Source of the DNA: Marinomonas sp.
Lineage (GTDB): Bacteria; Pseudomonadota; Gammaproteobacteria; Pseudomonadales; Marinomonadaceae
Length of the DNA stretch: 64,000 nt
Direction of reading: 5' to 3'
Assembly: GCF_965225885.1 (NCBI RefSeq)
Contig: NZ_OZ245329.1
Coordinates: 2,890,449 to 2,954,448, forward strand
Part shown: in pieces, positions 9,557-19,114 of the stretch
How positions within the stretch are numbered: the stretch's first letter is position 1
Layout of the letters: each line of letters starts with the position of its first letter
Translations under genes and position numbers: made by a program
Notes under the pieces: model-generated
Database searches by the model: none
What the model saw: the letters and a program-made list of their open reading frames with translations, nothing else
Told to the model about the DNA's origin: nothing

Positions 9557-9827
9557 CTAGGGAAGGTGCGAACAAGTCCTCTTGCCTCAGCATGTGGATA
9601 AAAGCCTGTTATTCGAGGCGAGTACCGAATGTAAATAGTGGTTCTATTTTCGAGGTGCTCAACAAAGAATAACAGGCTTTTAGACCATGCCCTATGGGTC
9701 TTTCAGAGAAAACGCCATATGTCGTTGCGACTCTTTGAAAGGTACCTACATTCCTTCAGAGTCGTGCCTTATCTGACGATTTCTCTGAAAGACTGAGGCT
9801 TAGTAGACTTATTCGCACCTTCCCTAG
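9557..9827. repeat. 271-bp nested inverted-repeat element (MITE-like or structured RNA)
   Basis: 22-bp terminal inverted repeats match 21/22. Internal perfect complements of 15 and 14 nt plus further hairpins. No credible ORF. Confidence 0.6.
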
Positions 9828-9830
9828 TAT

Positions 9831-11072
9831 TTAAGATATTTTCTTAAACACTAGCGTTCCATTCGTCCCACCAAAACCAAACGAGTTATTTAAAACAACG
9901 TCTATTTTGCGTTTTTGCGGCGTTCCAGGAACATAATTCAAATCACAACCTTCACCCGGCTCATCTAAGTTGATGGTCGGCGGTGCAACTTGATCTCGAA
10001 TAGCAAGTATCGAAAATATTGACTCAACCGCTCCAGAAGCACCAAGTAAATGCCCAATCATCGACTTAGTCGAACTCATAGCAACATCCGATGCATCTTC
10101 ACCCATAAGAGCTTTTACAGCCTGCGTCTCTGCCAGATCACCTGCAGGTGTCGATGTTCCATGAGCATTAATGTAATCAATATCTAAAGGCGTAAGATGC
10201 GCATCTTTTAAAGCCGCTCTCATCGCTGACGCTGCGCCTTCGCCAGTCTCTGGTGGTGCTGTCATGTGATATGCATCATCGCTCATACCAAAACCAGAAA
10301 GCTCTGCGTAAATTTTTGCACCACGCGCGACGGCATGTTCGTATTCTTCTAATACCAAAATACCAGCGCCATCACCCATAACAAAACCATCACGATCTTT
10401 ATCCCATGGACGGCTTGCTGTTTTATAATCATCATTGCGAGTAGACAAAGCTCTAGCCGCACCAAAGCCACCAATACCTAATGGCGTAATAGCCATCTCA
10501 GCACCACCTGCAATCATGACATCAGCATCGCCATAGGCAATCATACGTCCAGCCATACCAATATTATGAGTACCAGTCGTGCATGCAGTAACAATAGAGA
10601 TATTAGGACCTTTGAAACCAAAACGAATCGCAACATGACCTGAAATCATATTAATAATCGCGCCTGGAACAAAAAAAGGAGAAATACGTTTTGGGCCTGA
10701 CTCATTCAATAGCTCTAGGTTTTTTTCAATCATTGGCAAGCCACCAATTCCTGAACCTATCGCACAACCAACACGAGTTAAATCTGCTGTATCGGCATTA
10801 AGATTGGCATCATCCAAAGCTTGCACTGCTGCGGCGATACCATATTGAATGAAAAGATCCATTTTGCGAGCTTCTTTGACGCTCATATACTGAGTCGCAT
10901 CAAAACCATTTACTTGCGCTGCAAAACGGGTGGAAAACTGGCTAGCGTCAAAAGAAGTGATCTCCGATACACCGCTTTTGCCTTCCAAGATATTATCCCA
11001 CGTATCTTTCACATTATTGCCAAGGGGTGTCACCATTCCCATTCCTGTGACTACAACCCGACGACGAGACAT
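9831..11072 (-). CDS. fabF: 3-oxoacyl-ACP synthase II
   Basis: Starts [14 protein letters not shown] like E. coli FabF, so the 24-aa track extension is rejected. Has the KAS II active-site Cys context and two His motifs. Confidence 0.95.
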   Translation of the reverse strand: MSRRRVVVTGMGMVTPLGNNVKDTWDNILEGKSGVSEITSFDASQFSTRFAAQVNGFDATQYMSVKEARKMDLFIQYGIAAAVQALDDANLNADTADLTRVGCAIGSGIGGLPMIEKNLELLNESGPKRISPFFVPGAIINMISGHVAIRFGFKGPNISIVTACTTGTHNIGMAGRMIAYGDADVMIAGGAEMAITPLGIGGFGAARALSTRNDDYKTASRPWDKDRDGFVMGDGAGILVLEEYEHAVARGAKIYAELSGFGMSDDAYHMTAPPETGEGAASAMRAALKDAHLTPLDIDYINAHGTSTPAGDLAETQAVKALMGEDASDVAMSSTKSMIGHLLGASGAVESIFSILAIRDQVAPPTINLDEPGEGCDLNYVPGTPQKRKIDVVLNNSFGFGGTNGTLVFKKIS

Positions 11073-11120
11073 AAGATTTCTCCAGCAATTCGCCCTCAAT
11101 TCTTTAAGAGCTATTAATAA

Positions 11121-11153
11121 GAAAAGCCGCTGTAACGAATACAAGCGGCTTTT
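11121..11153 (-). terminator. Hairpin after acpP (partial terminator/attenuator before fabF)
   Basis: Stem gaaaagccgct / agcggcttttc. A T-rich tract follows on the minus strand. Confidence 0.5.
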
Positions 11154-11177
11154 CGGAAAACTCAGTTCACCAATATC

Positions 11178-11411
11178 TTACAAGTTAGCGTTGATATAGT
11201 CGTTCGCTGCTTGTACGGTAGTGATTTTTTCAGCTTCTTCATCAGGAATTTCAGTATCAAATTCCTCTTCAAGAGCCATCACTAGCTCAACTGTATCTAG
11301 GGAATCTGCACCTAGGTCATCAACAAAAGATGCTGAAGCAACAACATCTTCTTCTTTAACGCCTAGTTGTTCACAAACGATTTTCTTAACGCGTTCTTCA
11401 ATGCTACTCAT
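11178..11411 (-). CDS. acpP: Acyl carrier protein
   Basis: 77 aa with the [20 protein letters not shown] phosphopantetheine-attachment motif. Confidence 0.97.
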   Translation of the reverse strand: MSSIEERVKKIVCEQLGVKEEDVVASASFVDDLGADSLDTVELVMALEEEFDTEIPDEEAEKITTVQAANDYINANL

Positions 11412-11544
11412 TAGAAGTTCCTACTCTACTCATTAACAGCTCAGTGTGAGCATATTATAAAAATTCGATCACCAAAAAGGGTGTGATTCTCGACATGAAC
11501 CGGAGACGTATTTTCGTTGAATTAAATATAAAATTCAACTCAAA

Positions 11545-12279
11545 TTACGACATATACATACCGCCATTGACATGCAATGTCTCACCGGTAATGTAAGCAG
11601 CGCCATTTGACGCTAAAAATGCGACAGCTGCCGCAATTTCTTCTGGTTGACCAAGACGTGATGAAGGCACTTTTTCAACCAATTTGGCCTTATGTTCTTC
11701 AGGCAACACCTTAGTCATATCCGTTTCAATGAATCCTGGAGCCACACAATTTACTGTGATGCCACGAGACGCAATCTCTGCTGCCAAAGAACGACTAAAA
11801 CCTTCTAGCCCAGCTTTTGCTGCAGAGTAATTCGTTTGTCCGCCATTGCCCATTGAGCCAACAACAGAACTAATACTAATAACACGACCGAATTTTGCTT
11901 TAGTCATGCCACGTAAGCAAGCTTTTGTCACACGAAAAACAGAAGTCAAGTTAGTGTTGATCACTTGATCCCACTCATCTTCCTTCATTCGCATCATCAA
12001 ATTATCACGAGTAATGCCGGCATTGTTTACAAGAACCGTTGGCGCACCAAATTCTGCAGTAATTTCTTTAATTACCGCATCAACCGATTCACTTGACGAA
12101 ACATCAAGTACCCAGCCTTTACCATTTGCACCCAAATACTCAGTAATACTTTGTGCTCCAGACTCACTGGTTGCCGTACCAATTACGGTCGCGCCCTGCT
12201 CGACTAAAGCAACAGCAATTGCTTTACCAATGCCGCGAGTAGCTCCAGTAACTAGAGCGATTTTCCCTTCAAGACTCAT
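11545..12279 (-). CDS. fabG: 3-oxoacyl-ACP reductase
   Basis: Starts MSLEGKIALVTGATRGIG (E. coli FabG-like start). SDR family with the NYSAAK catalytic motif. Confidence 0.95.
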   Translation of the reverse strand: MSLEGKIALVTGATRGIGKAIAVALVEQGATVIGTATSESGAQSITEYLGANGKGWVLDVSSSESVDAVIKEITAEFGAPTVLVNNAGITRDNLMMRMKEDEWDQVINTNLTSVFRVTKACLRGMTKAKFGRVISISSVVGSMGNGGQTNYSAAKAGLEGFSRSLAAEIASRGITVNCVAPGFIETDMTKVLPEEHKAKLVEKVPSSRLGQPEEIAAAVAFLASNGAAYITGETLHVNGGMYMS

Positions 12280-12337
12280 GCTTGTCTCCAACAATCAATT
12301 TCAAAAAATGTATTTCGGACTGTTTAATTAAATAAAT

Positions 12338-13261
12338 TTACGCAGACAAAGCCGCTTCAAATCCAGCCAAATCACCCAAAGAGAAAGTATCCAAACCTTT
12401 GACAATTCGCTTATTAAGGCCACTTAACACTTTACCTGGGCCACATTCCACTGTCGAAGTGACACCTAATTCAGAAAGCAACACAACTGATTGAGTCCAC
12501 AATACTGGTTCACTTAATTGAGAAACCAAATTTTCCTTAATCACCAAAGGATCTGAAACAGCTTGAGCTGTAACGTTCTGCACCAAGATACAAGAAGGTG
12601 AATTGAACGCAATAGTCTCAAGTTTTTCAGCCAATTTAGCACCAGCAGGAAGCATCAGTTCGCAATGAGAGGGCACGCTCACTGGTAGCGGTAAAGCACG
12701 CTTAGCGCCTGCTTCTTTTGCATTAACCATTGCCGCTTCAACAGCATCAACATGACCTGCAATAACCACTTGGCCTGGCGAATTAAAATTAACCGCACTA
12801 ACGACACCCGCAGCTGCAGCACACGCAGCTACAACTTTGTCATCGTCAAGTCCGATAATCGCTGCCATTGCACCTTCCCCCGCAGGAACCGCTTGCTGCA
12901 TATATTCACCACGCAACTTCACAAGCTCTACCGCGTCAGCAAAAGCAATTACACCAGCACATACTAAAGCAGAATACTCACCAAGACTATGACCTGCAAC
13001 ATAAGCTGGCTTTTCGCCACCTTGCTGCCCCCAAAGACGCCACAAAGCTACACTAGCAGTCAATAACGCGGGCTGTGTTTTGTCTGTTTGACTAAGTCTC
13101 TCAGCATCATTTTGCACTAGATCCCATAAATCATAACCAAGAACAGCTGATGCTTCGGCGAAAGTTTGCTCAATTATATCGTGTTTTTCCGCCAAATCTG
13201 CCAACATCCCCAACTGCTGAGAACCCTGACCTGGAAAAACAAATGCTAATTTTGTGCTCAT
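12338..13261 (-). CDS. fabD: Malonyl-CoA:ACP transacylase
   Basis: FVFPGQGSQ and GHSLGEYSAL motifs. Confidence 0.95.
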   Translation of the reverse strand: MSTKLAFVFPGQGSQQLGMLADLAEKHDIIEQTFAEASAVLGYDLWDLVQNDAERLSQTDKTQPALLTASVALWRLWGQQGGEKPAYVAGHSLGEYSALVCAGVIAFADAVELVKLRGEYMQQAVPAGEGAMAAIIGLDDDKVVAACAAAAGVVSAVNFNSPGQVVIAGHVDAVEAAMVNAKEAGAKRALPLPVSVPSHCELMLPAGAKLAEKLETIAFNSPSCILVQNVTAQAVSDPLVIKENLVSQLSEPVLWTQSVVLLSELGVTSTVECGPGKVLSGLNKRIVKGLDTFSLGDLAGFEAALSA

Positions 13262-13282
13262 TTAATCTCCTAGCTATAAAGC

Positions 13283-14218
13283 CTAACTACAAAGACGCGC
13301 TTCTATCGCAGAATATAAATCTGCTCGCGCAATATCAATCCCATACTCAATCGCACCGATCATAGCAGACAAGTCTGAACAACCATGGCCTTTTACCAAA
13401 TTGCCACGCACGCCAACTAAACAAGCACCGTGCCTACGCTCAGTTTGGTAAAAAGTCTCAAACAAGGATGATGCACCGCCCACCCCTTTAAATTTACTCA
13501 TCATAAAAGACAACAGCCCTTCCGATGCTTTTAGCACAGCATTTCCCACCATACCATCACACACGATGACGTTTTTATCACCATCAAACAACTCAGTTCC
13601 TTCTGCGTAACCAAAATAATCGGGCCACTTCTTATTAGCTAAAAGTCGATCTGTCTCACGAATAACCGCACTTCCTTTCGAATTTTCAACACCAACATTT
13701 AACAGCCCAACTCTTGGCGGCTCATCACTCAGCGCTTCAATATAAGCGGCACCTAGTTCAGCAAAGCCAACCAACATTGACGGCGGACAATGAACATTAG
13801 CACCTAGATCTACCAAACAGCGTAAAGGATTAGAGTATAGCTCTCTAATCAACGCAGGATATAACTTAGGTCGTAACACACCTAATATGTGGCGCGCCAA
13901 TGCAACCATAGCGCCAGTATTACCCAAGGTTACAACTACGTCTGATGACTGCTGAGCCAATGCATTTAAAGACTGGTAAAGCGTGCTATTTCGACGACGA
14001 AATAAAGATAAAACTATCTCTTCATCTCCATCAATAACATCAGAGCAAGCAATCAGAGATAAACGTTCATGAGGCGCAGGAAGTTCCAGACCGGAATAAG
14101 AGGAATAATAAATAGTGATAACGACGTATTTATGGCGAGAAAGAATCTCCACTGCTCCGTCAAAAGCAATGCGGGGACCTAAGTCCCCGCCCATAGCGTC
14201 TAAAGCTACCCTGATCAT
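13283..14218 (-). CDS. plsX: Phosphate acyltransferase PlsX (short, divergent)
   Basis: MIRVALDAMGGDLGP start, LGNTGA and DLGAN motifs. Sits between rpmF and fabD. At 311 aa it is shorter than E. coli PlsX. Confidence 0.85.
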   Translation of the reverse strand: MIRVALDAMGGDLGPRIAFDGAVEILSRHKYVVITIYYSSYSGLELPAPHERLSLIACSDVIDGDEEIVLSLFRRRNSTLYQSLNALAQQSSDVVVTLGNTGAMVALARHILGVLRPKLYPALIRELYSNPLRCLVDLGANVHCPPSMLVGFAELGAAYIEALSDEPPRVGLLNVGVENSKGSAVIRETDRLLANKKWPDYFGYAEGTELFDGDKNVIVCDGMVGNAVLKASEGLLSFMMSKFKGVGGASSLFETFYQTERRHGACLVGVRGNLVKGHGCSDLSAMIGAIEYGIDIARADLYSAIEARLCS

Positions 14219-14229
14219 GGGTATCTTAG

Positions 14230-14409
14230 TTACTCACCTTTAGGGGTGATAACTTGACGACCACGGTAAAAACCATCTGCAGAAATGTGGTGACGACGGT
14301 GAAGTTCACCAGTTGTCTTTTCTACAGAAAGAGTTGGACCAGTCAAAGCATCGTGTGAACGGCGCTGGCCGCGACGTGAACGAGTTACTTTACTTTTTTG
14401 TACTGCCAT
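14230..14409 (-). CDS. rpmF: 50S ribosomal protein L32
   Basis: Not in the ORF track. My hand translation of the minus strand gives [59 protein letters not shown] (59 aa). Conserved yceD-rpmF-plsX position. Confidence 0.9.
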   Translation of the reverse strand: MAVQKSKVTRSRRGQRRSHDALTGPTLSVEKTTGELHRRHHISADGFYRGRQVITPKGE

Positions 14410-14426
14410 TTTTGGAGCTCCTAACT

Positions 14427-14948
14427 TTACTTGGCCTTTAATTGGGCCAATATACTAAATGGATTCGGTTTTTCGTCATCCGGTGCGTCATCGGTAGACG
14501 AGGCATACTTTACAGCTGTTGGGTTGCAACCACTCTCTTCGTGATAGGCAACAATTGGTAAAGCAAGTATAATTTCTTGCTCAATCATATCTGCCAAAAT
14601 TACTTCACCATCGGTCATGACAACAGGATCGTAATTGTTCGGTAAATTCTTAGCATGATCTTCGTCATAAACGAATGCCAGCGACAAATCTAACGCTAGA
14701 TCATATGAAACAGCCCCCATGCAACGCTGACAAACAACTTGCACTTGAGCCGTTAATGAACCAGTAGCAATATAGCGCCTATCCTCATCAACTCTAAAGT
14801 CTAGATGAATAAAAGCATTACCCTCATCAGAGGCTAATATAGCACAAAGCTCCTTAAATTCATTAAGGGGCACGTACCCTTCGAACGCTTGCTCATAGCC
14901 AGCGTATTTACGAGGGTCAAAATATTTAGGTAATGTATCATTCAACAT
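14427..14948 (-). CDS. yceD: YceD (DUF177) family protein
   Basis: 173 aa with paired CxxC-type Cys and an acidic tail. Conserved position upstream of rpmF. Confidence 0.85.
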   Translation of the reverse strand: MLNDTLPKYFDPRKYAGYEQAFEGYVPLNEFKELCAILASDEGNAFIHLDFRVDEDRRYIATGSLTAQVQVVCQRCMGAVSYDLALDLSLAFVYDEDHAKNLPNNYDPVVMTDGEVILADMIEQEIILALPIVAYHEESGCNPTAVKYASSTDDAPDDEKPNPFSILAQLKAK

Positions 14949-15085
14949 GGCGGGGGATAATATTGCTAAGGGCCCTTTTTGTCAAAGTCTAACTGGCCTT
15001 AAAGCGCTTTTTTTCACTTTTTTAAGTCATATTGGCTAAAAAAAAGTAAAATCCCCTTTCATCCCAATAAAATGATTAAAAAACA

Positions 15086-15688
15086 ATGCAAAAAAAACTC
15101 ATACTCGGCTCATCTTCACCTTATCGAAAAGCACTCTTAGAGCGTCTAAGAATTCCTTTTGAATGCCATTCACCGAACATTGATGAAAGCCCATTCAGCC
15201 TCGAATCAGCTGTCGATTTAGTCAAACGCCTTAGTATTGCAAAAGCGCATGCCGTACATTTGGAACGACAACAGAGTAAACAAGGTTCAGCTGATATAAT
15301 TATAGCGTCTGATCAGGTTGCAGTATTAAACAATCAGATTTTAGGAAAACCCCATACAGAAGAAAATGCCATAAACCAACTTTCTAGCTTTAGTGGTCAA
15401 AAGGTGAGTTTTCTAACCGGCCTTTGTGTCTTTAGTCAACAAGACCAATCTTATCAGTATATATTAAGCGAATATCATGTTCATTTTAGGGACCTAACGA
15501 CAAAAGAAATCGCTAATTACGTTTCACTTGAGCAACCACTTGATTGCGCTGGCAGCTTCAAATGCGAAGGATTGGGCATTTGTCTTTTTGAAAAAATGGA
15601 AGGAGATGATCCTAATAGCCTAATTGGTTTACCGCTCATCTCTCTGTCTCGCTTATTAAGAGAACTAGAAGTAAACCCTTTAGACTAA
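15086..15688 (+). CDS. maf: Maf-like nucleoside triphosphate pyrophosphatase (YceF type)
   Basis: 200 aa starting LILGSSSPYR, with the DCAGSF motif. Divergent from yceD as in E. coli. Confidence 0.85.
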   Translation: MQKKLILGSSSPYRKALLERLRIPFECHSPNIDESPFSLESAVDLVKRLSIAKAHAVHLERQQSKQGSADIIIASDQVAVLNNQILGKPHTEENAINQLSSFSGQKVSFLTGLCVFSQQDQSYQYILSEYHVHFRDLTTKEIANYVSLEQPLDCAGSFKCEGLGICLFEKMEGDDPNSLIGLPLISLSRLLRELEVNPLD

Positions 15689-15697
15689 AGATAAAAA

Positions 15698-16615
15698 TCA
15701 ATAGCCTTTCGGGAAAGAAAAATAACTAGCCGAAGGCAATTCAAGACCATCAATCGCTTTTAAAGCCGTTTTATAGCCAAACTCAACCAACTCTTTAGCT
15801 CGCCAGAACTCATAGAACCCAGAGATATCCTTAGGTATTGATATAAGTAAATCCGGTGGATATCCAGCCAATTTATATTGAGTAAGAGATTCCTGCATCG
15901 TCTCAAACATCATATTGATAGTCTGCAATCGCCCCCAGCTTTCTGGTGAATATTTAACCTTCTCATCAGCCCCATCTTTGTTTTTCCCAAAAAAACCTTT
16001 AGTGCTAAGCCACCAAGCAGGCCCTTCGGAATCACTCTCTGAAACGTTTTTTACAACTCGCTCAGCGGGACTAAGATCAACTGCAACAATATAATCCGCA
16101 CCAGCGGGCACAGAAGGAATGATAGGCAAAGGATTCAACACCCCACCATCAACATACATTTGCCCATTAAGCGTAACAGGTAACACCAGAGACGGTATAG
16201 CAGCGGATGCACGCATGGCACTTATCAAATCACCACGCTGAAACCAAAATTCTTTTTGATTTAATAAATCGACTGCAACAGAGGTGTAGGCTATTGGCAA
16301 AGACTCAATAGTAGGTGTCCCTATCATGTCTTGAATTTTTTCAAAAAAACGATCACCTTTTACATAGCCACCATTCAATATAGACATATCCAATAAACGA
16401 AGGACATTCATACGGTCTAAAGATTCTGCCCATTCACGATACTCAGATAATTTTCCCGCCGCATAAACACCGCCGACTATTGCCCCAATAGAGCAACCAG
16501 AGATACTGACAATGTCATATCCACGCTCTTCGAAAGCCTGGATAACACCTATGTGTGCATTACCACGCGCCGCGCCACTCCCCAAAACCAGAGCAACCGT
16601 TTTTTTCGTATTCAC
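15698..16615 (-). CDS. Patatin-like phospholipase
   Basis: GSGAARG oxyanion motif, GCSIG nucleophile elbow (GxSxG), DGG catalytic Asp motif. Confidence 0.85.
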   Translation of the reverse strand: MNTKKTVALVLGSGAARGNAHIGVIQAFEERGYDIVSISGCSIGAIVGGVYAAGKLSEYREWAESLDRMNVLRLLDMSILNGGYVKGDRFFEKIQDMIGTPTIESLPIAYTSVAVDLLNQKEFWFQRGDLISAMRASAAIPSLVLPVTLNGQMYVDGGVLNPLPIIPSVPAGADYIVAVDLSPAERVVKNVSESDSEGPAWWLSTKGFFGKNKDGADEKVKYSPESWGRLQTINMMFETMQESLTQYKLAGYPPDLLISIPKDISGFYEFWRAKELVEFGYKTALKAIDGLELPSASYFSFPKGY

Positions 16616-16624
16616 GACTACCGC

Positions 16625-17419
16625 CTATGGACGAACATAAACAAAAGAGATGCGATTAATGCCAAGAGATTCTCGACCTAGATCAGCCAAATTAATAAAT
16701 CTAACCTTATCCTTAAGCTGATCACCCAAACCTGCCAATGCCATTGATATAAGTCGATCACCCGACTCAATAGCGCTTAAACTCCCTGTTTTTTGACTTG
16801 TAACGAAACCAACCACATTTTGACCAGCGGGCAAATCATTAACAAAACGACGTATTCTAGGAATATCCTGAACATCCATCTGCGCCACAATTTCAAACTC
16901 TGTTTCATTCGCCTCAGCTGATTTCACTTCATCTAAGCGAACCATGACATCGCCCGCACCACGGCGGTTAAGATACAAAATTTGATAAATATCTTGCTTA
17001 TTCTTAACCACCAGTAAAAATTGACTTTGATCAGAACCATACAAAAGGTAATCACCAAAAAAATTATTCGCCCAAGCATTGCTACTACCGCAACTGCGAC
17101 TATCGCACTCAAACAAAATACTACGACCATCACTCAACATCTGCGAGCGATAATGATCATAAACATCCGATAAAAGTGCATTGCGATTGATTTTATATAG
17201 TGATGAAAAATAATCACCTTTTAAGCGAATAACCGTTTCAGGCTCCCATCCGCTGCCAGCACGTCGGATTTTGCTCAAAGGAATTTCAACAAATTGTTCT
17301 GCTTGAGAATTACTTTTAACCAACTGCGCATCACGATAAGGTTCAATCCCTAAAACCCCAGCAAAAGAAACACCACTGAAAGCAGCCAATAGATATAACA
17401 CGCCTCGAAACTTAACCAT
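16625..17419 (-). CDS. Secreted hypothetical protein (possibly DUF4892-like)
   Basis: 264 aa with an N-terminal signal peptide. The family name is from memory of Pseudomonas synteny and is uncertain. Confidence 0.5.
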   Translation of the reverse strand: MVKFRGVLYLLAAFSGVSFAGVLGIEPYRDAQLVKSNSQAEQFVEIPLSKIRRAGSGWEPETVIRLKGDYFSSLYKINRNALLSDVYDHYRSQMLSDGRSILFECDSRSCGSSNAWANNFFGDYLLYGSDQSQFLLVVKNKQDIYQILYLNRRGAGDVMVRLDEVKSAEANETEFEIVAQMDVQDIPRIRRFVNDLPAGQNVVGFVTSQKTGSLSAIESGDRLISMALAGLGDQLKDKVRFINLADLGRESLGINRISFVYVRP

Positions 17420-17459
17420 ATAACCTTCCTATCATCCCAACTAAGGATGGGCTAACGCA

Positions 17460-18323
17460 TTAGTTTTGATCAATAAAACGCTGAACTTCAGTTGCCACTG
17501 CGAAACAAGTATCTGGCTCTAAATGAAAATGGTGATTACCTTCAAGCCATTTCAATTTTATCCATGGGAATTGTGCCGCGCGCTTTTCAACTAACTGATG
17601 ATCATTCTGATAAATCCCCTCTTTTGCAACCAAAGCCAAAGTTGGGCATTTTATTTCTTGAATAAAGGCTTCAACGCTTTCTTCATCCATACGAAATGGC
17701 GAAGGAAAGGTTAACTCACCATCATGACGCCACGTCCAAATTCCATCATCATTCTGCTTAGCACCACGCTCAACCAGCATTTTCGATGCAGATTTGGATA
17801 ATTGAGTAAAACCATCCATTCGAGCCAATATCATGTCTTCTTTGGTCTTATAACTTGTGTCCCTACCCAAGCGATATTTGGCCATTTTATTAATAGCTCG
17901 CTGCAGCGTAACCACACGATCAGCCGGCGCTCCACTTAATGGCCCCATATTATCTAGCACAATCAGACCACGAACTTTATCTGGGGCAATCGCAGCGACC
18001 AACATAGCAACAGCACCGCCCATACTATGCCCAATCAACCAAACGCTTTGTTTGGACTGGTTTAAAATAGACACCACATCCAAAACATAATCCCATAAAT
18101 GGTAAAAACTTCCCGTTGGGCGATGTAAAGACAAACCATGCCCTGCAAGATCTAGTGCGACATGGGAAAAATCAGAGAGATGAGGAGATAGATTAGAAAA
18201 ACTTGCTGCATTATCAAGCCAACCATGCAGCGACAACACCTTAAATGCCGAGGTGTTTTTAGGCAGCCATTGCAACGCCGCTATCTCGGTATGCGCGAGC
18301 TTGTAAACAATTTCATTTCCCAT
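17460..18323 (-). CDS. Alpha/beta-fold hydrolase
   Basis: GHSMGG nucleophile elbow and HG oxyanion motif; 287 aa. Confidence 0.8.
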   Translation of the reverse strand: MGNEIVYKLAHTEIAALQWLPKNTSAFKVLSLHGWLDNAASFSNLSPHLSDFSHVALDLAGHGLSLHRPTGSFYHLWDYVLDVVSILNQSKQSVWLIGHSMGGAVAMLVAAIAPDKVRGLIVLDNMGPLSGAPADRVVTLQRAINKMAKYRLGRDTSYKTKEDMILARMDGFTQLSKSASKMLVERGAKQNDDGIWTWRHDGELTFPSPFRMDEESVEAFIQEIKCPTLALVAKEGIYQNDHQLVEKRAAQFPWIKLKWLEGNHHFHLEPDTCFAVATEVQRFIDQN

Positions 18324-18363
18324 ATATGCTTTTTAACCAACCCATGAAATTCAATTAAATAAT

Positions 18364-18849
18364 TTATGATGGTGAAACACACCAACGAAATTGACAACAT
18401 GCCCCAGCAAAAAGTTCACCTTCAACTGCTGCAATCGTAGCCGTTGTCATAGCAAAGCTCACGGGCAAAGGCTCATCAACTAAAAAGTCCACCAACTGAT
18501 GAGCGAAAGGTTGATGAGTCACTAATAAAACAGAGTCATAAGACTGCTCATTTAACCAAAGCGCCACATCCATCTCACGACCATCCGGCGTAATTAAGGG
18601 ACAATCTTTAACCTCGACGGACACATCAAGATCGGCTAAAAATGTTTTTGCGGTTTGTTGAGCCCGAATATAAGGACTGACAAAAACCACATCAAACACC
18701 TCACCTTTGTTTCGAAAAGCCCGAGCAGTTGTCTTCACCTCTGCCACCCCAAGCTCAGTTAGCTCACGACGCTCATCTTTGTCATAACCATATGGCTGAG
18801 CATTGCCGTGACGCAAGACATAAAGGCGTTTAAGCTTCTTCATCCGCAT
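18364..18849 (-). CDS. sixA: Phosphohistidine phosphatase SixA
   Basis: LYVLRHG catalytic RHG motif; 161 aa, a small histidine-phosphatase fold. Confidence 0.8.
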   Translation of the reverse strand: MRMKKLKRLYVLRHGNAQPYGYDKDERRELTELGVAEVKTTARAFRNKGEVFDVVFVSPYIRAQQTAKTFLADLDVSVEVKDCPLITPDGREMDVALWLNEQSYDSVLLVTHQPFAHQLVDFLVDEPLPVSFAMTTATIAAVEGELFAGACCQFRWCVSPS

Positions 18850-19114
18850 TCACCTGAGGCCATGGTTGAAATGGAAAAGGCTTCTCTTCTGACTCGAAAG
18901 ACAAAAATGAAAAAATTTGCCCAATAAAAGCCGTTACACCCTTTAACCAAGAAGACAAAGTCACTGGCTCATACTTTGAGCCTAGCTTTACTAAGCTTAC
19001 TAAGATAAGTAAAACACCAAATACAGTAACTGCAATATTTAGAACAACCCAATACAGCAGCATAAAAATCACACGAAACCAAAAACCTTGATCAGCATAA
19101 CCTGGATTAGACAT
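18830..19114 (-). CDS. Small membrane protein (DUF4389-like)
   Basis: I place the start at the ATG of MSNPGYADQ, which sits inside the last codons of gpsA (8-nt overlap). Two TM helices. Confidence 0.5.
   Translation of the reverse strand: MSNPGYADQGFWFRVIFMLLYWVVLNIAVTVFGVLLILVSLVKLGSKYEPVTLSSWLKGVTAFIGQIFSFLSFESEEKPFPFQPWPQVNADEEA

Noticed and set aside
9463-9672. 69-aa ORF spanning the end of the 9111-9518 gene and the repeat element.
   Set aside because: It reads through inverted-repeat arms and overlaps a better gene, so it is most likely an artefact of the palindromic sequence.
9831-11144. N-terminal extensions in the ORF track for fabF, and likewise for fabG, cysS, glnS, queC, queE, asd, the alpha-glucosidase, moaD, azlC and the DUF4389-like ORF.
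   Set aside because: In each case an internal Met reproduces the conserved N-terminus of the family (for example [32 protein letters not shown]). The extension would overlap the upstream gene or lacks similarity.
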